From the human T2T-CHM13v2.0 reference genome, Homo sapiens: a stretch of DNA of 64,000 nucleotides. Below are positions 1 to 11,014 of this stretch, piece by piece. The notes under the pieces are model-generated. The model was not told the origin of the DNA. It did no database searches and worked only from the letters and a program-made list of their open reading frames with translations. Location: NCBI RefSeq assembly GCF_009914755.1, contig NC_060943.1; one strand, written 5' to 3'. Position 1 is the stretch's first letter; the number at the start of each line of letters is the position of its first letter. The position numbers were made by a program, and so were the translations under genes.

Positions 1-104
1 CAGTTTTGAAGCAGTCTTTTTGTGGTATCTGCAAGTCGATATTTGGAACGATTTGAGGCCTATGAGGGAAAAGGAACTATCTTCACATACAAACTAGACA
101 GAAG
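1..104. repeat. Tail of the preceding HOR unit (m31/m32 hybrid monomer, type-A 31-mer junction)
   Basis: Begins with m31 markers (cagttttgaagcag, tgtggtatc) and ends with m32 markers (gatttgaggcc, caaact), as at 16195-16298. Confidence 0.85.
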
Positions 105-1982
105 CATGCTCAGAAACTGCTGTGTGATGTGTGCATTCAACTCACAGAGTTGAACCTTCCTTTTGAGAGAGACGTTTTGAAACAGTCTTTTTGTAGTATG
201 TACAGGTGGATATTTTTGGTGATTTGAGGTCTAAGATGGAAAAGGAAATACCTTCACCTACAAACTAGACAGAAGCATTCTCAGAAACTGCTTTGTGATG
301 TGTGCATTAAACTTACAGACTTGAAACCTTATTTTGATAGAGCAGTGTTGAAACACACTTTTTATAGAATCTGCAAGTGTTCATTTGGAGAGCTTTGTTT
401 CCTGTGGTGGAAAAAGAAATGTGTTCACATACAAACTAGAAAGAAGCCTTCTCAGAAACTCCTTTGAGATGTTTGTGTCTAATTCACAAAGTTGAACCTT
501 TCTTTTGATAGAGCAGATTTGAAACACTGCTTTTGTAGAATCTGCTTGCGTGTATTTGGAGGTCTTTGAGGAATTGGGCGTATATGGGATATCTTCACAT
601 ACAAATTACACAGAAGCATTCTCAGAAACTGCTCTGTGATGTGTGCATTCAACTAACAGAGTTGAAACTTTCTTTGGAGAAAGCAGTTCTGAAACAGTCT
701 TTTTGTAGTATCTGCAAGTGGATACTTGGAGCGATTTGAGGCCTATGATGGAAAAGGAAATATGTTCACTTACAAACTAGACAGAAGCATTCTCAGAAAC
801 TGCTTTGTGATGTGTGTGTTCAATTCACAGGGTTGACTCTTTCTTTTGATTGAGCAGTTTTGAACCACCTGTTTTGTAGAATCTGCTTGTGGATATTTGT
901 AGCTCTTGGAGGAATTCTTTGTAAAAGGGATATCTTCACATACACACTAGTCAGAAGCATTCTCAGAAACTTCTTTGTGATGTGTGAATTGAACTCACAG
1001 AGTTGAACCTTCCTTTTGAGAGAGCCGTTTTGAAACAATCTTTTTGAAGTATCTTCAATTGGATGTTTGTAGTGATTTGAGGCCTAAGATGGAATAGGAA
1101 ATATCTTCACATACAATCTAGACAGAAGCACTCTCAGAAGCTGCTTGGTGATGTCTGCATTCAACTCACAGACTTGAACCCTTGTTTTGCAAGAGCAGTG
1201 TTGAAACACACATTTTGTACGATCTGCAAGTGTTCATTTGGAACGCTGTTGTGCCTATGGTGGATAAAGAAATATCTTCACATAAATACTAGAAAGTAGC
1301 ATTCTCAGAAACTGCTTTGTGATGTGTGCATTCAACTCACAGAGTTGCACCTTCCTTTTGAGAGAGAGGTTTTGAAACAGTCTTTTTGTAGTATCTGCAA
1401 GTGGATATTTTTAGTGATTTGAGGTCTAAGATGGAAAAGGAAATACCTTCACCTACAAACTAGACAGAAGCATTCTCAGAAACTGCTTTGTGATGTGTGC
1501 ATTAAACTTACAGACTTGAAACTTTATTTTGATAGAGCAGTGTTGAAACACACTTTTTATAGAATCTGCAAGTGTTCATTTGGAGAGCTTTGTTGCCTGT
1601 GGTGGAAAAAGGAATATGTTCACCTAGAAACTAGAAAGAAGCCTTCTCAGAAACTCCTTTGAGATGTTTGTGTCCAATTCACAAAGTTGAACCTTTCTTT
1701 TGATAGAGCAGATTTGAAACACTGCTTTTGTAGAATCTGCTTGCGGATATTTGGCGGTCTTTTAGGAATTGGGCGTATACGGGAGATCTTCACATACAAG
1801 TTACACAGAAGCATTCTCAGAAACTGCTTTGTGATGTGTGCATTCAACTCACAGAGTTGAAACTTTCTTTTGAGAAAGCAGTTTTGAAACAGTCTTTTTG
1901 TAGTATCTGCAAGTGGATATTTGGAGCGATTTGAGGCCTATGATGGAAAAGGAAATATGTTCACATACAAACTAGACAGAAG
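105..1982. repeat. Internal 4-monomer duplication within the HOR: m1-4 (105-787) ~ m8-11 (1300-1982)
   Basis: Private motifs are shared at a 1,195-bp offset: 'gaggtctaagatggaaaaggaaataccttcacctac', 'cattaaacttacagacttgaaa', 'gccttctcagaaactcctttgagatgtttgtgtc', 'aattgggcgtata', 'ttacacagaag'. Confidence 0.9.
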
Positions 1983-4197
1983 CGTTCTGAGAAACTGCTT
2001 TGTGATGTGTGCATTCACCTCACAGAGTGGAACCTTTCTTTGGATAGAGCAGTTTTGAAACAGTCTTTCTCTAGTATCTGCAAGTGTTCATTTTGAGCGC
2101 TTTGAGGCCCATGATGGAAAAGGAAATATTTTCACATAAAAACTAGACAGAAGCTTTCTCAGGAACTTCATTGAGATGTGTGCATTAAAGTAACTGAGTT
2201 GAATACGTCTTTTGATAGAGCAGTATTGAAACACTTCTTTTGTAGAATCTGCCTGTGGATATCTGGAACTCTTTGAAGAATTCTTTGGAAACGGCTATCT
2301 TCACATAAAAAGTAGACCCAAGCATTCACAGAACGTTCTTTGTGACATGTACATTGGACTCCCAGACTTGAAACTTTCTTTTGATAGAGCAGTGTTGGAA
2401 CACACTTTTTGTAGAATCTTCATGTGTTCGTTTGGAGTGCTCTGTTGCCTATGGTGGAAAAAGGAATATCTTCACCTAAAAACCAGACAGAAGCATTCTC
2501 AGAGACTGCTTTGTGATGTGTGTGTTCAATTCGCAGAGTTGAAAGTTGCTTTGGATAGAGCAGTTTTGAAACACTGCTTTTGTAGAATCTGCTTGTTGCT
2601 ATTGGGGGCTCTTTGAGGAATTTGTTGTAAACGGGATATCTTCACATACAAAGTAGACAGAAGCATTCTCAGAAACTGCTCTGTGATGTGTGCATTCAAC
2701 TCACAGAGTTGAACCTTCCTTTTGCGAGAGCTGTTTTGAAGCAGTCTTTTTGTGGTATCTGCAATTGGATATTTGGATCGATTTGAGGCCTAAGATGGAA
2801 AAGGAAATATCTTCACATACAAACTAGACAGAAGCATTCTCAGACACTGCGTTGTGATGTGTGCATTCAACTCACAGAGTTGAACCTTCCTTTTGAGAGC
2901 AGTTTTGAAACAGTCTTTTTGAAGTATCTGCAAGTGGATGTTTGGAGAGATTTGAGGCCTAAGATGGAAAAGGATATATCTTCACCTAAAAACTAGGCAG
3001 AAGCATTCTCAGAAACTGCTTTGTGATGTGGGGATTCAACTCACAGGCTTGAAACTTTCTTTTGATAGAGCAGGGTTGAAACACACTTTTTGTAGAATCT
3101 GCAAGTGTTCATTTGGAGTGCTTTCTTGCCCATGGTGGAAAAAGAAATATCTTCACGTAAAAACTAGACAGAAACATTCTCAGAAAATACTTTGTGATGT
3201 GGTTGTTCAATTCACAGGGTTGAACCTTTCTTTAGATAAAGCAGTTTTGAAACACTGCTTTTGTAGAATCTTCTTGTGGATATTTGGAGCTGTTTGAGGA
3301 ATTCGTTTTAAACGGGATATCTTCACATTCAAACTAGTCAGAAGCATTCTCAGAAACTGGTTTGTGATGTGTGCATTCTACTCACAGAGTTGAACCTTCC
3401 TTTTGAGAGAGCAGTTTTGAAACAATCTTTTTGTATTCTCTACAAGTGGATACTTGGAGCAATGGGAGGACTAAGATTGAAAAGGAAATATCTTCACGGC
3501 CAAACTTGACAGAAGCTTTCTCAGAATCTGCTTTGTGATGTGTGCATTTACCTCACAGAGTGGAACCGTCCTTTTGATAGAGCAGTTCTGAAACAGTCTT
3601 TTTGTAGGATCTGCGAGTGTTCATTTTGGAGCGCTTTTAAGCCTTTGGCGGAAAAGGAAATATCTTCACAAAAAAACTAGACAGAGGCATGCTCAGGAAC
3701 TTCACTGAGATGTGTGCATTCAAGTAACTGAGTTGAATCTGCCTTTTGATAGAGCAGAATTGAAACACTCCTTTTGTAGAATCTGCTTGTGGATATTTGG
3801 AACTCTTTCAGGAGTTCGTTGGCAGCTGGTATCTTCACAAAAAAAGGAGACCCAAGGATTCTCAAAAAGTTCCTTGAGATGTGTGCCTTAAACTCACAGA
3901 CTTCAAACTTTCTTTTGAGAGATCAGTGTTGGAACACGCTTTTTGTAGAATCTGCAAGTGTTCATTTAGTGCGCTTTGTTGCCTATGGTGGAAAAAGAAA
4001 TATCTTCAAATGAAAACTAGACAGAAACATTCTCAGAAACTCCTTTGTGAAGTGTGTGTCAAATTCACAGAATTGAAATATTCCTTTGATAGCGCAGCTT
4101 TGAAACACCGCTTTTATAGGATCTGCTTGTGGATATCTGGAGCTCTTTGAGGAATTTGTTGTAAACGGGATATCTTCACATACAAAGTAGACAGAAG
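1983..4197. repeat. Older internal duplication within the HOR: m12-15 (1983-2663) ~ m21-24 (3516-4197)
   Basis: Private motifs are shared at a ~1,534-bp offset: 'acctcacagagtggaacc', 'tcaggaacttcaYtgagatgtgtgcatt.aagtaactgagttgaat', 'agacccaag', 'gtgttggaacac', 'gaggaatttgttgtaaacgggatatcttcacatacaaagtag'. Confidence 0.8.
3301..3317 (+). promoter_or_regulatory. CENP-B box with intact core, monomer m19 (copies at 8756, 14211, 19495, 24779, 30063, 35518, 40973, 46428, 51712, 56996, 62280)
   Basis: aTTCGttttAaaCGGGa matches the 9 essential bases nTTCGnnnnAnnCGGGn. It differs from canonical YTTCGTTGGAARCGGGA only at non-core positions. Confidence 0.8.
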
Positions 4198-4494
4198 CAT
4201 TCTCAGAAACTGCTTTGTGATGTGTGCATTCCAATCACAGACTTCAACCTTTCTTTTGAAAGAGCAGTGTTCAAACACACATTTTGTAGGATGTGCAAGT
4301 GTTCACTTGGAGCGCTTTTTTGCCTATGGTGGAAAAAGAAATATCTTCACATAAATACTAGACAGAAGCATTCTCAGAAACGCCTTAGTGATGTGTTTGT
4401 TCTATTCAGAGAGTTGAACCTTTCTTTTGATAGAGCAGTTTTGATACACTGCTTCTGTAGAATCTGCTTGTGGATATTTGGAGCTCTTTGAGGA

Positions 4495-4511
4495 ATTCGT
4501 TGTAAACGGGA
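4495..4511 (+). promoter_or_regulatory. CENP-B box with intact core, monomer m26 (copies at 9950, 15405, 20689, 25973, 31257, 36712, 42167, 47622, 52906, 58190, 63474)
   Basis: aTTCGttgtAaaCGGGa matches the 9-base core. Confidence 0.85.
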
Positions 4512-5219
4512 TATCTTCACATACAAACTAGACAGAAGCATTCTCAGAAACTGCTTTGTGGTGTGTGCATTCAACTCACAGAGTTGAACCTTCCTTCTGA
4601 GAGAGCAGTTTTTAAACAGTCTCTTTGAAATATCTGCAAGTGGATATTTGGAGCGATGGGAAGTCTAAGTTTGAAAAGGAAATATCCTCACATACAAACT
4701 AGACAGAAGCAATCTCATTAACTGCTTTGCGATGTGTGCATTCAGCTCACAGAGTTGAACCTTCCTTTTGAGAGAGCAGTTTTGAAACAGTTTTTTGTAG
4801 TATCCTCAAGTGGATATATGGAGCGATGTGAGGCTTAAGATGGAAACGGGAATATCTTCACATGCAAACTAGAAAGAAGCATTCTCAGAAACTGCTTTGT
4901 GATGGGTGCATTCAACTCAGAGACTTGAACATTTCTTTAGACGGAGCAGTGTTGAAACACACATATGCAGAATCTGCAAGAGTTCATTTGGAGCGCTTTG
5001 ATGCCTATGGTGGAAAAAGAAATATCTTCACATAAAGACTAGAAAGAAGCGTTCTCCGAAACTCCTTTGTGATATATGTGTTCAGTTCACAGAGTTGAAC
5101 CTTTCTTTTGATTGAGCAGTTTTGAAACACTGCTTTTCTAGAATCTGCTTTTGGATATTTGAAGCTCTTTGACGAATTCGCTGTCAATGTTATATCTTCA
5201 CATACAAACTAGACAGAAG

Positions 5220-5559
5220 CATTCTCAGAAACTGCTTTTTGATGTGTGCATTCAACACACGGAGTTGAACCTTCCTTCTGAGAACAGTTTTGAAGCAGTC
5301 TTTTTGTGGTATCTGCAAGTCGATATTTGGAACGATTTGGGACCTATGAGGGAAAAGGAACTATCTTCACGTACAAGCTAGACAGAAGCATTCTCAGAAA
5401 CTGCTTTGTGATGTGTGCATTCAACACACGGAGTTGAACCTTCCTTCTGAGAGAACGGTTTTCAAACAGTCTTTTTGTAGTATCTGCAAGTCGATATTTG
5501 GAACGATTTGAGGCCTATGAGGGAAAAGGAACTATCTTCACATACAAACTAGACAGAAG
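5220..5559. repeat. Tandem sister monomers m31 (169 bp) and m32 (171 bp)
   Basis: Both carry 'caacacacggag', 'ccttctgag', 'aagtcgatatttggaacgattt' and 'tatgagggaaaaggaactatc'. They differ at roughly 10 positions by eye, including a 2-bp GA indel. Confidence 0.9.
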
Positions 5560-8500
5560 CATGCTCAGAAACTGCTGTGTGATGTGTGCATTCAACTCAC
5601 AGAGTTGAACCTTCCTTTTGAGAGAGACGTTTTGAAACAGTCTTTTTGTAGTATGTACAGGTGGATATTTTTGGTGATTTGAGGTCTAAGATGGAAAAGG
5701 AAATACCTTCACCTACAAACTAGACAGAAGCATTCTCAGAAACTGCTTTGTGATGTGTGCATTAAACTTACAGACTTGAAACCTTATTTTGATAGAGCAG
5801 TGTTGAAACACACTTTTTATAGAATCTGCAAGTGTTCATTTGGAGAGCTTTGTTGCCTGTGGTGGAAAAAGAAATGTGTTCACATACAAACTAGAAAGAA
5901 GCCTTCTCAGAAACTCCTTTGAGATGTTTGTGTCCAATTCACAAAGTTGAACCTTTCTTTTGATAGAGCAGATTTGAAACACTGCTTTTGTAGAATCTGC
6001 TTGCGTGTATTTGGAGGTCTTTGAGGAATTGGGCGTATACGGGATATCTTCACATACAAATTACACAGAAGCATTCTCAGAAACTGCTCTGTGATGTGTG
6101 CATTCCTCTCACAGAGTTGAAACTTTCTTTTGAGAAAGCTGTTCTGAAACAGTCTTTTTGTAGTATCTGCAAGTGGATATTTGGAGCGATTTGAGGCCTA
6201 TGATGGAAAAGGAAATATGTTCACTTACAAACTAGACAGAAGCATTCTCAGAAACTGCTTTGTGATGTGTGTGTTCAATTCACAGGGTTGACTCTTTCTT
6301 TTGATTGAGCAGTTTTGAACCACCTGTTTTGTAGAATCTGCTTGTGGATATTTGTAGCTCTTGGAGGAATTCTTTGTAAAAGGGATATCTTCACATACAC
6401 ACTTGTCAGAAGCATTCTCAGAAACTTCTTTGTGATGTGTGAATTGAACTCACAGAGTTGAACCTTCCTTTTGAGAGAGCCGTTTTGAAACAATCTTTTT
6501 GAAGTATCTTCAATTGGATGTTTGTAGTGATTTGAGGCCTAAGATGGAAGAGGAAATATCTTCACATACAATCTAGACAGAAGCACTCTCAGAAGCTGCT
6601 TGGTGATGTCTGCATTCAACTCACAGACTTGAACCCTTGTTTTGAAAGAGCAGTGTTGAAACACACATTTTGTACGATCTGCAAGTGTTCATTTGGAACG
6701 CTGTTGTGCCTATGGTGGATAAAGAAATATCTTCACATAAATACTAGAAAGTAGCATTCTCAGAAACTGCTTTGTGATGTGTGCATTCAACTCACAGAGT
6801 TGAACCTTCCTTTTGAGAGAGAGGTTTTGAAACAGTCTTTTTGTAGTATCTGCAAGTGGATATTTTTAGTGATTTGAGGTCTAAGATGGAAAAGGAAATA
6901 CCTTCACCTACAAACTAGACAGAAGCATTCTCAGAAACTGCTTTGTGATGTGTGCATTAAACTTACAGACTTGAAACTTTATTTTGATAGAGCAGTGTTG
7001 AAACACACTTTTTATAGAATCTGCAAGTGTTCATTTGGAGAGCTTTGTTGCCTGTGGTGGAAAAAGGAATATGTTCACCTAGAAACTAGAAAGAAGCCTT
7101 CTCAGAAACTCCTTTGAGATGTTTGTGTCCAATTCACAAAGTTGAACCTTTCTTTTGATAGAGCAGATTTGAAACACTGCTTTTGTAGAATCTGCTTGCG
7201 GATATTTGGCGGTCTTTTAGGAATTGGGCGTATACGGGAGATCTTCACATACAAGTTACACAGAAGCATTCTCAGAAACTGCTTTGTGATGTGTGCATTC
7301 AACTCACAGAGTTGAAACTTTCTTTTGAGAAAGCAGTTTTGAAACAGTCTTTTTGTAGTATCTGCAAGTGGATATTTGGAGCGATTTGAGGCCTATGATG
7401 GAAAAGGAAATATGTTCACATACAAACTAGACAGAAGCGTTCTGAGAAACTGCTTTGTGATGTGTGCATTCACCTCACAGAGTGGAACCTTTCTTTGGAT
7501 AGAGCAGTTTTGAAACAGTCTTTCTCTAGTATCTGCAAGTGTTCATTTTGAGCGCTTTGAGGCCCATGATGGAAAAGGAAATATTTTCACATAAAAACTA
7601 GACAGAAGCTTTCTCAGGAACTTCATTGAGATGTGTGCATTAAAGTAACTGAGTTGAATACGTCTTTTGATAGAGCAGTATTGAAACACTTCTTTTGTAG
7701 AATCTGCCTGTGGATATCTGGAACTCTTTGAAGAATTCTTTGGAAACGGCTATCTTCACATAAAAAGTAGACCCAAGCATTCACAGAACGTTCTTTGTGA
7801 CATGTACATTGGACTCCCAGACTTGAAACTTTCTTTTGATAGAGCAGTGTTGGAACACACTTTTTGTAGAATCTTCATGTGTTCGTTTGGAGTGCTCGGT
7901 TGCCTATGGTGGAAAAAGGAATATCTTCACCTAAAAACCAGACAGAAGCATTCTCAGAGACTGCTTTGTGATGTGTGTGTTCAATTCGCAGAGTTGAAAG
8001 TTGCTTTGGATAGAGCAGTTTTGAAACACTGCTTTTGTAGAATCTGCTTGTTGCTATTGGGGGCTCTTTGAGGAATTTGTTGTAAACGGGATATCTTCAC
8101 ATACAAAGTAGACAGAAGCATTCTCAGAAACTGCTCTGTGATGTGTGCATTCAACTCACAGAGTTGAACCTTCCTTTTGCGAGAGCTGTTTTGAAGCAGT
8201 CTTTTTGTGGTATCTGCAATTGGATATTTGGATCGATTTGAGGCCTAAGATGGAAAAGGAAATATCTTCACATACAAACTAGACAGAAGCATTCTCAGAC
8301 ACTGCGTTGTGATGTGTGCATTCAACTCACAGAGTTGAACCTTCCTTTTGAGAGCAGTTTTGAAACAGTCTTTTTGAAGTATCTGCAAGTGGATGTTTGG
8401 AGAGATTTGAGGCCTAAGATGGAAAAGGATATATCTTCACCTAAAAACTAGGCAGAAGCATTCTCAGAAACTGCTTTGTGATGTGGGGATTCAACTCACA

Positions 8501-11014
8501 GGCTTGAAACTTTCTTTTGATAGAGCAGGGTTGAAACACACTTTTTGTAGAATCTGCAAGTGTTCATTTGGAGTGCTTTCTTGCCCATGGTGGAAAAAGA
8601 AATATCTTCACGTAAAAACTAGACAGAAACATTCTCAGAAAATACTTTGTGATGTGGTTGTTCAATTCACAGGGTTGAACCTTTCTTTAGATAAAGCAGT
8701 TTTGAAACACTGCTTTTGTAGAATCTTCTTGTGGATATTTGGAGCTGTTTGAGGAATTCGTTTTAAACGGGATATCTTCACATTCAAACTAGTCAGAAGC
8801 ATTCTCAGAAACTGGTTTGTGATGTGTGCATTCTACTCACAGAGTTGAACCTTCCTTTTGAGAGAGCAGTTTTGAAACAATCTTTTTGTATTCTCTACAA
8901 GTGGATACTTGGAGCAATGGGAGGACTAAGATTGAAAAGGAAATATCTTCACGGCCAAACTTGACAGAAGCTTTCTCAGAATCTGCTTTGTGATGTGTGC
9001 ATTTACCTCACAGAGTGGAACCGTCCTTTTGATAGAGCAGTTCTGAAACAGTCTTTTTGTAGGATCTGCGAGTGTTCATTTTGGAGCGCTTTTAAGCCTT
9101 TGGCGGAAAAGGAAATATCTTCACAAAAAAACTAGACAGAGGCATGCTCAGGAACTTCACTGAGATGTGTGCATTCAAGTAACTGAGTTGAATCTGCCTT
9201 TTGATAGAGCAGAATTGAAACACTCCTTTTGTAGAATCTGCTTGTGGATATTTGGAACTCTTTCAGGAGTTCGTTGGCAGCTGGTATCTTCACAAAAAAA
9301 GGAGACCCAAGGATTCTCAAAAAGTTCCTTGAGATGTGTGCCTTAAACTCACAGACTTCAAACTTTCTTTTGAGAGATCAGTGTTGGAACACGCTTTTTG
9401 TAGAATCTGCAAGTGTTCATTTAGTGCGCTTTGTTGCCTATGGTGGAAAAAGAAATATCTTCAAATGAAAACTAGACAGAAACATTCTCAGAAACTCCTT
9501 TGTGAAGTGTGTGTCAAATTCACAGAATTGAAATATTCCTTTGATAGCGCAGCTTTGAAACACCGCTTTTATAGGATCTGCTTGTGGATATCTGGAGCTC
9601 TTTGAGGAATTTGTTGTAAACGGGATATCTTCACATACAAAGTAGACAGAAGCATTCTCAGAAACTGCTTTGTGATGTGTGCATTCCAATCACAGACTTC
9701 AACCTTTCTTTTGAAAGAGCAGTGTTCAAACACACATTTTGTAGGATGTGCAAGTGTTCACTTGGAGTGCTTTTTTGCCTATGGTGGAAAAAGAAATATC
9801 TTCACATAAATACTAGACAGAAGCATTCTCAGAAACGCCTTAGTGATGTGTTTGTTCTATTCAGAGAGTTGAACCTTTCTTTTGATAGAGCAGTTTTGAT
9901 ACACTGCTTCTGTAGAATCTGCTTGTGGATATTTGGAGCTCTTTGAGGAATTCGTTGTAAACGGGATATCTTCACATACAAACTAGACAGAAGCATTCTC
10001 AGAAACTGCTTTGTGGTGTGTGCATTCAACTCACAGAGTTGAACCTTCCTTCTGAGAGAGCAGTTTTTAAACAGTCTCTTTGAAATATCTGCAAGTGGAT
10101 ATTTGGAGCGATGGGAAGTCTAAGTTTGAAAAGGAAATATCCTCACATACAAACTAGACAGAAGCAATCTCATTAACTGCTTTGCGATGTGTGCATTCAG
10201 CTCACAGAGTTGAACCTTCCTTTTGAGAGAGCAGTTTTGAAACAGTTTTTTGTAGTATCCTCAAGTGGATATATGGAGCGATGTGAGGCTTAAGATGGAA
10301 ACGGGAATATCTTCACATGCAAACTAGAAAGAAGCATTCTCAGAAACTGCTTTGTGATGGGTGCATTCAACTCAGAGACTTGAACATTTCTTTAGACGGA
10401 GCAGTGTTGAAACACACATACGCAGAATCTGCAAGAGTTCATTTGGAGCGCTTTGATGCCTATGGTGGAAAAAGAAATATCTTCACATAAAGACTAGAAA
10501 GAAGCGTTCTCTGAAACTCCTTTGTGATATATGTGTTCAGTTCACAGAGTTGAACCTTTCTTTTGATTGAGCAGTTTTGAAACACTGCTTTTCTAGAATC
10601 TGCTTTTGGATATTTGAAGCTCTTTGACGAATTCGCTGTCAATGTTATATCTTCACATACAAACTAGACAGAAGCATTCTCAGAAACTGCTTTTTGATGT
10701 GTGCATTCAACACACGGAGTTGAACCTTCCTTCTGAGAACAGTTTTGAAGCAGTCTTTTTGTGGCATCTGCAAGTCGATATTTGGAACGATTTGGGACCT
10801 ATGAGGGAAAAGGAACTATCTTCACATACAAGCTAGACAGAAGCATTCTCAGAAACTGCTTTGTGATGTGTGCATTCAACACACGGAGTTGAACCTTCCT
10901 TCTGAGGGAACGGTTTTCAAACAGTCTTTTTGTAGTATCTGCAAGTCGATATTTGGAACGATTTGAGGCCTATGAGGGAAAAGGAACTATCTTCACATAC
11001 AAACTAGAAAGAAG
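5560..11014. repeat. HOR unit U2, 32-mer
   Basis: Anchor ORF spacing 6275 to 11730 = 5,455. m31 and m32 both present. Confidence 0.95.

Larger units (their letters stand above)
105..5559. repeat. HOR unit U1, 32-mer (5,455 bp)
   Basis: m1 start 'catgctcag' at 105 and 5560. Contains both m31 (5220-5388) and m32 (5389-5559). Confidence 0.95.

Noticed and set aside
3669-3846. Short A7-A8 runs (cacaaaaaaactag, cacaaaaaaagg) as retrotransposon poly-A remnants
   Set aside because: They are point or 1-bp variants of the normal 'cacataaaaactag' monomer end and are fixed in every unit.
105-5559. Human Y centromere DYZ3 (also a very long HOR)
   Set aside because: DYZ3 is a ~5.8-kb 34-mer of A-type monomers lacking CENP-B boxes. 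This unit is 5,455 bp with B-type monomers and intact box cores.
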